Shown here: in pieces, positions 1-10,830 of the stretch
Layout of the letters: each line of letters opens with the position of its first letter
Numbering within the stretch: the first letter of the stretch is position 1
From: Mucisphaera calidilacus
Lineage (GTDB): Bacteria > Planctomycetota > Phycisphaerae > Phycisphaerales > Phycisphaeraceae
Assembly (NCBI RefSeq): GCF_007748075.1
Contig: NZ_CP036280.1
Span: forward strand, 2,400,001 to 2,432,000
DNA: 32,000 nucleotides
Reading direction: 5' to 3'
Made by a program: the position numbers and the translations under genes
The notes under the pieces: model-generated
Told to the model about the DNA's origin: nothing
Databases searched by the model: none
What the model saw: the letters and a program-made list of their open reading frames with translations, nothing else

Positions 1-1
1 T

Positions 2-2853
<2,852 letters not shown>

Positions 2854-2939
2854 ACGCAACCTCCAGAAAAGCAACACCGCCATCATAACCCCCCGCATCA
2901 GCAATCAAACCAACGACAGCCGCAGCGCCGTCAAAACCC

Positions 2940-4430
2940 TCAACCCGCCGCCGAGACCGCCGTCACCATCTCGGGAATCGCGCTCCGCAACGCCGTCGCC
3001 ACCGCGTCAGGGTTCGTCCCCTCCCAAGGCCCGCCACCCCCCGCGTCACGCAAACGGTCAAACGTCGCCAGCAACTGCTGAATCCGCGCCGGCTCCGGAG
3101 GCGTCGTCTCCCAGATCCGGATACTCGGATGCTCCGTAGGCGTCATCGCCTCACTCCGGTACGCCAACTCCTCAAACAACTTCTCTCCCGGACGCGGCCC
3201 CGTAATTCGAACCGACATGTCCACACCCGGCTCCAGGCCGTGCTGACGCAGATAACGCTCCGCCAGATCCAGAATCCGCACCGGATCACCCATGTCCAGC
3301 AGGAACACCTCGCCGCCACGCGCATAACCAGCCGCCTGCAGCACCAGACCCGCCGCCTCCGGGATCGTCATGAAGTAACGCGTCATCTCCGGGTGCGTCA
3401 CCGTGATCGGACCGCCATGCGCCAACTGCTCCGACCAGATCGGCAGCACCGAACACGCCGAACCCAACACGTTCCCGAAACGCACCATCGCCAGCGTCGT
3501 CTCGCTCCGACGCGACGCATACTGGATATACAACTCCGCCAGACGCTTGCTCGCACCCATGATCGACGAGGGATTCACCGCCTTGTCCGTCGAGATCATC
3601 ACCAGCCGCCCAACACCCGCCGCCACCGCCGCATCCACCACCCAACGCGTCCCGTAAAAATTATTCTCCACCGCCGCCGTCGGGTGATCCTCCATCAGCG
3701 GAACGTGCTTGTGCGCCGCCGCGTGCAGCACCACGTCAGGCCGATAACGCGCAAACAACGCCTCGTTCGCATGACGGTGCGTCACATCATGAATCTGCAC
3801 CCGACGCGACACATCCGGGAACAGACGCCCCAACTCCGCGTCCAGCTGAAACAACCCGTTCTCCGAGCGATCCGCCAGCACGATCAGCGACGGCTCATAC
3901 CGACACGCGATCCGCGCCAGCTCCGAACCGATCGAACCCGCCGCACCCGTGATCAGAACCGTCTGACCCCCCAGCGTCCCACGCAGAGCACCCTCGTCCA
4001 GCGGACGGCCCCGACGACCGATCAGCGACTCCGCATCCACGCTCCCGCCACCACAACGCCCCGAAACCGACACCAGACCCGCCAGCTGATCCCCCACAGG
4101 CGGCAGATATCGACACGTCAAACCCAGACGACCCCCACGCGTCATCAGGTCGTCAATCCGCTCCCGCATCGCCTGGGGCAGACAAACCAGCAACCCTTCC
4201 GCCGAACGGTCCGCCACCGCAACCTCAAGCGACTCAAACCCCCCGCACACCGGCACACCCAGACCCGACACGCCGCCACCCTCGCCCGACACCAGCACAC
4301 CCACCACCTCCACAGGCGATGACTCCGATAATCCAAGCGACGCCAAAGACTGACGCACCGCCAGCGACGAGCCCGCCAGCAGCACACGACGCACAGAGTT
4401 TCCAGTGTTTTTAGCCGTTTCTCGCATCAC
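2940..4430 (-). CDS. CapD/PglF/WbpM-type polysaccharide biosynthesis protein (NDP-sugar 4,6-dehydratase/epimerase)
   Basis: Rossmann motif VLITGAAGSIGSELARI sits in an SDR-extended core (MISTDKAVNPSSIMGASKRLAE, VRFGNVLGS), after an N-terminal CoA-binding-like domain. No N-terminal TM helices are present. The first codon at 4430 is GTG and an ATG follows at 4427. Confidence 0.85.
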   Translation of the reverse strand: MMRETAKNTGNSVRRVLLAGSSLAVRQSLASLGLSESSPVEVVGVLVSGEGGGVSGLGVPVCGGFESLEVAVADRSAEGLLVCLPQAMRERIDDLMTRGGRLGLTCRYLPPVGDQLAGLVSVSGRCGGGSVDAESLIGRRGRPLDEGALRGTLGGQTVLITGAAGSIGSELARIACRYEPSLIVLADRSENGLFQLDAELGRLFPDVSRRVQIHDVTHRHANEALFARYRPDVVLHAAAHKHVPLMEDHPTAAVENNFYGTRWVVDAAVAAGVGRLVMISTDKAVNPSSIMGASKRLAELYIQYASRRSETTLAMVRFGNVLGSACSVLPIWSEQLAHGGPITVTHPEMTRYFMTIPEAAGLVLQAAGYARGGEVFLLDMGDPVRILDLAERYLRQHGLEPGVDMSVRITGPRPGEKLFEELAYRSEAMTPTEHPSIRIWETTPPEPARIQQLLATFDRLRDAGGGGPWEGTNPDAVATALRSAIPEMVTAVSAAG

Positions 4431-4575
4431 CCCTCACTTATCGGCGGGATCCCGCGTCCCGCTGCACGCATCGTCACCAACACCCCTGCACACGACTTAA
4501 GCAGCCTCACCAACCACGTCGATACATCTAATGAATCAGACGTCGTGTCCGCACCCAATTCCGAGAGGTTAATCC

Positions 4576-4971
4576 GTGTCCGAAGCCAACAAACAGGATT
4601 CACGCCGAGCACCTCGCTTCACCGTGCCCCCCATGTACACCCTCCTCAGGGCACGCCAGTCGGGCAAAAAACGCTACGACTGGACCGGACACATCTACGA
4701 CATCAGCATCTCCGGCATGCGCTTCGAACTCGACTCACCCCTCCCCCACGGCCAACGCATCGAGATCCGTGGCATGCTCCCAGGCGAACACCACACCACC
4801 TTCTGCGCCACCGGACACGTCGTCCGACTCCACGGCGCCGAAGACAACGACCCCGGACCCGCTCGCATGGCCATGTCCTTCGAAACCTTCGAGAGCCAGA
4901 TCGACCGCCGACGCCTCGCCGAGTACCTCCAGCGGACCGCCGACACCCTCGCCGACCGCGTCGCCGCCTGA
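4576..4971 (+). CDS. Stand-alone PilZ domain protein (c-di-GMP receptor)
   Basis: RxxxR motif (RRAPR) followed by D/NxSxxG (DISISGMRF). GTG start at 4576 with GAGAGG 7 nt upstream. The later Met would delete the RxxxR motif. Confidence 0.8.
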   Translation: MSEANKQDSRRAPRFTVPPMYTLLRARQSGKKRYDWTGHIYDISISGMRFELDSPLPHGQRIEIRGMLPGEHHTTFCATGHVVRLHGAEDNDPGPARMAMSFETFESQIDRRRLAEYLQRTADTLADRVAA

Positions 4972-5069
4972 CACAACACACACAAAACCGAATCACCGAC
5001 TCAACCCATCCTCGCCACGCGTCAGGGTATCCTCTCCGCTTTCCCAATCCACGCCCTGACCCCGAGACC

Positions 5070-5870
5070 ATGGACCGACTCCCTCCAGATCGCTTCCCCG
5101 AAGTGGCCAGCCTCTTCCACGACGGCTGCCCCAACGCCGCCATGCTCCACGCAACCCTCGAGGGACGCGTCCCGGGCATCGTCATCGTCGACAACGCCAG
5201 CCAGCCCACCTGCGCCCTGCTCCAGACCGAGTACTACAGCTTCACCTTCCCGAGCCACCCCATCCCGCCCACCTTCCTCAACCAGGGCCTCAACCACCTC
5301 CTCAACGACCGACCCGTCATGCTCGTCTGGGACCCGCAACACGCCGACCAGCCCCCGCCCGAAGCCCAGAAAACACTCGAACGAAAACAGCTAACCGGCT
5401 TCGACATCTCCAGCCAGCCCCACGAAGACATCCAGGTCCCCGTCGGCGCCATGCTCTCGCCCATGGACTCAGGCATCATCCCGAAATGCAGCTGGCACGA
5501 ACAACTCGTCCACGCCATGGGATCCATCGAACGATTCCTCACTTACGGACTAGGCGTCTGCCTCATCAAAAACGACGAAATCCTCGCCGAGGCCTACATG
5601 TGCTTCTGGGGCAACGGACAGGCCGAAATTGGCGTCGTCACCCACGAAGACCACCGCAACCGTGGATTCGGCGCACTCACCGCACGACACCTCATCGAAC
5701 TCTGCGAAGAACGCGGACTCGACGCCTATATCACCTGCTACACCCAGAATCGCACCCTCATCAAACTCGCCAGACGAATCGGGCTCGACCACCAGCGAAC
5801 CTACCAGCTCCACCTCTACGGCAGCGACCTCGCCAACGAGATCGACGACCTCACACGCCATCAGCCCTGA
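5070..5870 (+). CDS. GNAT family N-acetyltransferase
   Basis: C-terminal GNAT core has the acetyl-CoA motif HEDHRNRGFGALTARHLIELCEERG. The ORF-track start at 4545 overlaps the PilZ gene with Arg/Pro-rich junk, so the in-frame ATG at 5070 (MDRLPPDRF...) was chosen. Confidence 0.7.
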   Translation: MDRLPPDRFPEVASLFHDGCPNAAMLHATLEGRVPGIVIVDNASQPTCALLQTEYYSFTFPSHPIPPTFLNQGLNHLLNDRPVMLVWDPQHADQPPPEAQKTLERKQLTGFDISSQPHEDIQVPVGAMLSPMDSGIIPKCSWHEQLVHAMGSIERFLTYGLGVCLIKNDEILAEAYMCFWGNGQAEIGVVTHEDHRNRGFGALTARHLIELCEERGLDAYITCYTQNRTLIKLARRIGLDHQRTYQLHLYGSDLANEIDDLTRHQP

Positions 5871-5914
5871 ATCCCCAGACTTTCCTTGGACGACCCCCCA
5901 CTCCGTGAGTTAAC

Positions 5915-6490
5915 ATGACCCCGGAGGTTGGGAACATGAACTCACTCAAGGGACATCTGCTCGTCGCGGCTTCGGACCTCAGGGACCCGAACTTCGCTCG
6001 CACCATCACGCTCATGGTCGAGCACAACGAAGATGGCGCTATGGGCCTCACCCTCAACCGGCCCACCGACACCGAACTCGACGACGTCTGGGAACAGATC
6101 AGCGAGCAACCCTGCTCCATCAAAGACGTCCTCTACCGAGGCGGACCCTGCGAAGGACCCCTCATGGTCCTCCACACACAACCCTCCCTCGGCGAACAGA
6201 CCATCCTCGACGGCATCTACTTCACCACCAACGAAGACGCCGTCACCTCCATCGTCACCGCACCCGAAGGACGCGCACGATTCTTCGTCGGCTACGCAGG
6301 ATGGTCGCCCAACCAACTCGAACTCGAACTCAAAGCAGGATCCTGGCTCTACGCACCCGCCTCCTCCGACCACGTCTTCCTCGAAGACGAACGACACTGG
6401 ATCCGACTCCACCACCAGATCACACTCTCACGCGACGGCATCGCCCCCATCGCCACCGCCCACCTCCCCGCCGACCCCACCGTCAACTAA
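5915..6490 (+). CDS. YqgE/AlgH family protein (UPF0301)
   Basis: Characteristic N-terminus LKGHLLVAASDLRDPNFARTITLMVEHNEDGAMGLTLNRPT, plus GGPCEGPLMVLH and FVGYAGWSPNQLELE. An alternative in-frame ATG at 5936 has GGAGG 9 nt upstream. Confidence 0.85.
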   Translation: MTPEVGNMNSLKGHLLVAASDLRDPNFARTITLMVEHNEDGAMGLTLNRPTDTELDDVWEQISEQPCSIKDVLYRGGPCEGPLMVLHTQPSLGEQTILDGIYFTTNEDAVTSIVTAPEGRARFFVGYAGWSPNQLELELKAGSWLYAPASSDHVFLEDERHWIRLHHQITLSRDGIAPIATAHLPADPTVN

Positions 6491-7339
6491 CCCCCCCTCC
6501 TTCAGCAGCAACGCCCGCCGCGCCTCCAGAAACCGCGTCCGGATCTCACGCTCCGTCACACCCTTGCGGTCCGAAGGCATCGTCATCCGCAACAACAGAT
6601 TCACGCGATCCGGATCCGGAAACTCAAGCGACACGCGAGGCTCGATCGAAGGCGTGTCCAACCCCTGACGCTCCACCAGACGCGCCATCCGACGCTTCGC
6701 CGTCTCCAGCCAGTCCCGCCCCACCTCATCCGCAATCGCACCCAACCGACCCGACAACGCCACACAGTCCTCGCTCGCCTTCAGCGGGAACACCATCACG
6801 TGGAAGATGAAATCGTCCAACAGGTTCTCATTGAACACCGGCACCGACAAAAACAGACTGTTCGGCAGCGTCACCGAACGCCCCGTGAACTGATGCGTCA
6901 ACGACCCCGGACCAATCTCCATCACCGTCGTCACCATCAGCGTCTGATCCACCACCTCGCCACGAACACCGCCAACCTCGATCCGGTCGCCCACCGTAAA
7001 CGTCCCCGACGCCGCCTTCACCAGACTCCCGCTGAAACACAGAATCAGCTCCTTCGTCGCCAGCACCAACGCCACCAGAACCGCCACCAGCGACAACGCC
7101 AGCGTACGCAGCTCCGCCGCCCAGATGATCAACGCCCCCACCACGAACAACGCAAAACACAGATTCCGGATCTGCACCAGCCAGCGACGCTTCAGATCAA
7201 GCGACTTGATCTTCGACCCACGCAACGCTCGAACCAGCAGCCACTGCAACCCCAGCAACGCCACCAGCAAACCCAACGTCATCACAACGTTCTGCGCCCA
7301 CACGTTCGCTTCCAGAACAGCCAGCAGATCGTTCATCAT
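6428..7339 (-). CDS. Mechanosensitive ion channel (MscS family)
   Basis: Three N-terminal TM helices followed by the MscS beta-domain signature FTVGDRIEVGGVRGEVVDQTLMVTTVME. The 3' end overlaps the convergent AlgH gene by 63 bp. Confidence 0.8.
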   Translation of the reverse strand: MMNDLLAVLEANVWAQNVVMTLGLLVALLGLQWLLVRALRGSKIKSLDLKRRWLVQIRNLCFALFVVGALIIWAAELRTLALSLVAVLVALVLATKELILCFSGSLVKAASGTFTVGDRIEVGGVRGEVVDQTLMVTTVMEIGPGSLTHQFTGRSVTLPNSLFLSVPVFNENLLDDFIFHVMVFPLKASEDCVALSGRLGAIADEVGRDWLETAKRRMARLVERQGLDTPSIEPRVSLEFPDPDRVNLLLRMTMPSDRKGVTEREIRTRFLEARRALLLKEGGLVDGGVGGEVGGGDGGDAVA

Positions 7340-7605
7340 CCACCCATTCTAAATCCAGACACCCCGCGCCGCCCTCAAACACACGCCCGAGCACACCGAC
7401 ACCCATACCGCTTCCAGACTTGTTCACCCAACATTAACGCAAATAAGCGCAGATCATGCTTGGAACAAACGTAGCTATTTATAAGATGACAAATAGGTCC
7501 GGTGACAAAGACGGAAAGACTCAAGACCGAAAACCCGGACGTCAGAAACCACAGTGATTCGCATGATCTAACCCATCCTCAACCAGCAAACACAGGAGAT
7601 CGGAA

Positions 7606-9984
7606 ATGACCACGACCAGATTGTTGTGCGCAGCAGCTCTCAGCGCATGCATCACAGCCCCTACACCGGCCGCAGAACTCCTCCTCGATCCCGACTTTGG
7701 CGGCATCGGCGAGTTGGGGCAGGCTCAAGTACTCTTCAACGGCGCCGTGGTGAAATTCAAGGAATTCGCTGCGAACAACGTCGCCGTCTTCACCGTCGCT
7801 GGCGACCTCAAACTCGGGCCCAACGACACACTTACCGCAGAACCGGGCTCAAAAAACGCGATCCGTATACTCGTCGGCAACAACGTCATCATCCATGAAA
7901 ACGCAAGCATCAGCGTCGCGGGTGTCAAGGATCTCGGGCGCGCGGGAGGCGGCGACGGTGGTAACGGTGGCCTCGGCGGAGACGGGGGACTGGGCGGTAA
8001 CGGAGGCTCAGGCGGCGTCGGCGGACTCGGAGGCAACAACGTCACGACCGGTGCCGGAAAGGGTGGCATACAAGGCATAGTCAACGTTCAACAACCCGGA
8101 TCAGGCACCGACGGCAAGAACGGCAAGAAAGGTGGAGACGGACTCCCGGCAGCACCACTGGGTGAACCCGGTCAGATCGGAAACAACGGCGATAACGGAA
8201 GCAAAGGCGTCAACGGAGCCGCAGGCGGCCATGGCGGCACCGTCTCACCCGTAATCGGAGCCGGCGTAGGCGGCGCACCCGGCGCAGGCAACAACACGAC
8301 GGTCGAAGGCGGCGACGGCGGAAACGCTGGCAAGGGAGGAGAAGCCGGCGGTCGCGAAGCACGGGGCGGCGAAGGCGGCAAGGCCGGACAGTTCGGAAAG
8401 AACGGCATGAACGGCTCACCAGGATCGCCGGGTACCTCAGGCTTCTTCGGCCAGGGCGGAAAACGCCCCGCTGTCGAAGACGATGAATCACTCGTCGGCG
8501 GGTCCGGCGGCGGGGGTGGCTCAGGCGGCGGTGGAGGCGGCGGGGGCGGCGGCGGCTCCGGCGGATCAGGCGCCGGAGGCGGTGGAGCCGGCGGCGGGGG
8601 TGGCGGCGGAGTGGGCCTGCTCCTGAGCGACGGCACACGGCTGGTCGCTGGCATCGGCGGGGACGGCGGCAACGGCGGCAAGGGAGGTGACGGCGCCGAT
8701 GGCAGCAACGGCGGCAAAGGCGGCGACGGCGGACTAGGTGGCTTCGGAGGCGCAGGCGGCGGGGCCATCGAGATCCGCGCACTCGGAAAAATCACCATCA
8801 ACGGCTCCATCGACGTCTCCGGAGCCGATGGCCAGGCCGGAAACACCGATACCGCCGGAGATACCGCCCTCCTTCCGATCGGTGGAAAAGGTCAACCTGG
8901 CGCACGAGGCGGCGACGAAAAAATCCCTCCAGGTCAAACCAAAGGCTACGACGACTACATCGATCTCAATGGCCCCGGCGTACCGGGTGGACAACCCGGA
9001 TCCGACGGCACCACCGGCGATCGAGGCTACCCGTGGCGTCTCGATGGACTTAATAATTCCAGTTCGGGCTCCGGCGGCGAAGGCGGCGGCGGGGGCGGCG
9101 GAGGAATCGGCGGCTGGGGCGGAAAAGGAGGTACAGGCGGCGACGGCGGACACGGCAGCGCCGGCGGCGGCGGGGCCGGAGGAACCCTCATCCTGCAAGG
9201 CGCAACCATCCTCGGCGACGCCGCTGGCATCGACGCACGCGGAGGCTCCGGCGGAGAAAATCCAGACAACCAACCCAACCACGGCACCAACGGCAAAATC
9301 GTCCGCAAGGGCCTGATCAACATGGAAGGCCACGTCGCGGGCGGGATCAACACGATCGACCGAAAAGGACTCGACGACGCCGTCAAACGCCACAACCCCT
9401 TCGTCGGATTCCAAACACCCGCCATCCCCGACCTCAAGGGCGGTGCCGAGGCCTTCGGACTCCTGACCGAAAACGCAATCCCCGGCATCGATAACCTCGC
9501 CGAACTCGTCAAGCAGCAGACCGGCAACGACATCACACTCTTTGACCTCATCTTTGTCCGAGAAACCAACGCCCTTAACCTCCACAACCCAAACGGCGGC
9601 GACGAAGTCGGCTACGACCTGCTCTACCTCATCGCTCCCAACAACGACATGGCACTCATCTCCTTCGGCGTCAATAACGCCTTCAGCAAACTCCTCACCG
9701 GCGGCTGGTCACTCGACCCGCTGTTCAGCGATGAATTCGGACCCGCCGAACTGCTCGTCCTCGAACAGAACAACGTCTTCGTCACACTCATCGACGATTT
9801 CTCCGCCTCCATCGACGTCGCCCTGGACGAGATCTTCACGGGGAGGCTCAACGCAAATGGCGATTTCGATCTCACCAACAAACTCGCGTTGATCACAGTC
9901 ACCACCCAGATCCCTGCACCGGGCTCACTCGCCATGCTTGGGATCGGAGCGCTCCTGGGCTCACGACGCCAACGCAACCACTAA
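7606..9984 (+). CDS. Glycine-rich (GGX-repeat) secreted protein with C-terminal PEP-CTERM sorting signal
   Basis: AGGAG lies 7 nt upstream of the ATG. Signal peptide MTTTRLLCAAALSACITAPTPAAE. Long GGX tracts (GGDGGNGGLGGDGGLGGNGGSGGVGGLGG; a near-pure Gly run of about 38 aa). The C-terminus IPAPGSLAMLGIGALLGSRRQRNH is a PEP-CTERM variant: motif, hydrophobic helix, Arg cluster. Confidence 0.8.
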   Translation: MTTTRLLCAAALSACITAPTPAAELLLDPDFGGIGELGQAQVLFNGAVVKFKEFAANNVAVFTVAGDLKLGPNDTLTAEPGSKNAIRILVGNNVIIHENASISVAGVKDLGRAGGGDGGNGGLGGDGGLGGNGGSGGVGGLGGNNVTTGAGKGGIQGIVNVQQPGSGTDGKNGKKGGDGLPAAPLGEPGQIGNNGDNGSKGVNGAAGGHGGTVSPVIGAGVGGAPGAGNNTTVEGGDGGNAGKGGEAGGREARGGEGGKAGQFGKNGMNGSPGSPGTSGFFGQGGKRPAVEDDESLVGGSGGGGGSGGGGGGGGGGGSGGSGAGGGGAGGGGGGGVGLLLSDGTRLVAGIGGDGGNGGKGGDGADGSNGGKGGDGGLGGFGGAGGGAIEIRALGKITINGSIDVSGADGQAGNTDTAGDTALLPIGGKGQPGARGGDEKIPPGQTKGYDDYIDLNGPGVPGGQPGSDGTTGDRGYPWRLDGLNNSSSGSGGEGGGGGGGGIGGWGGKGGTGGDGGHGSAGGGGAGGTLILQGATILGDAAGIDARGGSGGENPDNQPNHGTNGKIVRKGLINMEGHVAGGINTIDRKGLDDAVKRHNPFVGFQTPAIPDLKGGAEAFGLLTENAIPGIDNLAELVKQQTGNDITLFDLIFVRETNALNLHNPNGGDEVGYDLLYLIAPNNDMALISFGVNNAFSKLLTGGWSLDPLFSDEFGPAELLVLEQNNVFVTLIDDFSASIDVALDEIFTGRLNANGDFDLTNKLALITVTTQIPAPGSLAMLGIGALLGSRRQRNH
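8497..8610. repeat. GGC/GGN-rich low-complexity DNA encoding the near-pure polyglycine tract
   Basis: The sequence ggcgggtccggcggcgggggtggctcaggcggcggtggaggcggcgggggcggcggcggctcc... was read directly. It encodes GGSGGGGGSGGGGGGGGGGGSGGSGAGGGGAGGGGGGG inside the 7606..9984 CDS. Confidence 0.7.
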
Positions 9985-9994
9985 CCACCACACG

Positions 9995-10026
9995 CTCCCC
10001 CGGCCCCACAAGGCCGGGAGGGCTTT
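9995..10026. terminator. GC-rich hairpin between convergent genes (possible bidirectional terminator)
   Basis: ctcccccggcc (9995-10005) pairs with ggccgggaggg (10012-10022) around the loop ccacaa, with one mismatch and one GU pair. It is followed only by cttt, so the U-tract is weak. Confidence 0.4.
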
Positions 10027-10053
10027 CAGATCCGCTCAGACCTGATTTCCCCC

Positions 10054-10830
10054 TCACCCCAACCCATAAAAACGCTCCGCGTTCCCATCCACCACGCCCA
10101 CAAACGCCTCAAACCCCATCCCGCGACGCTCCGCGAGAAACCGCGCCACCTCCACCACATAACGCGGCTCGTTCGGCCGAATCTTGCGGTAAGGCTCAGG
10201 CGTCAAGTACGGGCTGTCCGTCTCCACCAGCAAGCGCTCCAGCGGAACCAGATCCGACGCCGCCGCCACACCACGACCCGACTTGAACGTCACGATCCCC
10301 GTAAAACCAACCCACGCACCGAAGTCCACGATCTTCACGATTTCCTCCGCCGTCCCCGTGAAACAGTGAAACACAAAACGCTCAGGCGAAATCCCGCTCG
10401 CACGCACCATCGCCAGCGTCTCGTCCGTCGCCTCGCGGTTGTGGATCACAATCGGTAACGACCCCAACTCCGCCGCCACGCCCAGTTGCACCTCGAACGC
10501 ACGCCGCTGCACCGCCAGCGATGGCTCGTCGTAATGCTGGTCCAGCCCCATCTCACCCAACGCCACCACGCCCTCACGCCGCGCCAGCGAACGCATCTCC
10601 TGCGCAAACGCCTCACCATCCACCATCTGCTCCGCGTGATGCGGGTGCAGCCCCACCGTCGCCGACACCTCCCGCCGATGACCCGCCAACTCGATCGCCG
10701 CCGCACTGTCCGCCAGGCTCGTCCCGATGCTCACCACACGGCCCACGCCCGCCGCACGCGCCGCAGCCAGAACCTCCTCCACACGCTCCGCCAACCCGTC
10801 GTACGTCAGATGACAATGCGTATCGATCAC
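10054..10830 (-). CDS. TatD family metal-dependent hydrolase/DNase
   Basis: The N-terminal IDTHCHL motif is followed by typical TatD blocks ([33 protein letters not shown]). The GTG start at 10830 overlaps the upstream TGA (GTGA), giving the canonical protein size. The ORF-track start at 10896 would add a 22-aa Gly/Cys-rich extension inside the upstream gene. Confidence 0.85.
   Translation of the reverse strand: MIDTHCHLTYDGLAERVEEVLAAARAAGVGRVVSIGTSLADSAAAIELAGHRREVSATVGLHPHHAEQMVDGEAFAQEMRSLARREGVVALGEMGLDQHYDEPSLAVQRRAFEVQLGVAAELGSLPIVIHNREATDETLAMVRASGISPERFVFHCFTGTAEEIVKIVDFGAWVGFTGIVTFKSGRGVAAASDLVPLERLLVETDSPYLTPEPYRKIRPNEPRYVVEVARFLAERRGMGFEAFVGVVDGNAERFYGLG

Noticed and set aside
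4545-5069. N-terminal 175-aa extension of the GNAT ORF in the ORF track
   Set aside because: It is Arg/Pro/His-rich and overlaps the whole PilZ CDS in another frame. The GNAT-family similarity only begins after the ATG at 5070.
6428-6490. 63-bp overlap of the convergent AlgH and MscS genes (and the 4-bp MCP/peptidase overlap at 1537-1540)
   Set aside because: These are real by stop-codon position. The MscS tail encoded there is a low-complexity Gly/Val/Asp stretch, probably just read-through to the first available stop in GC-rich DNA. It is not evidence of a special mechanism.
7895-9300. Tandem DNA repeats / CRISPR-like array in the Gly-rich region
   Set aside because: The periodicity is at codon level (GGN) within one long ORF. 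There are no identical direct repeats separated by unique spacers.
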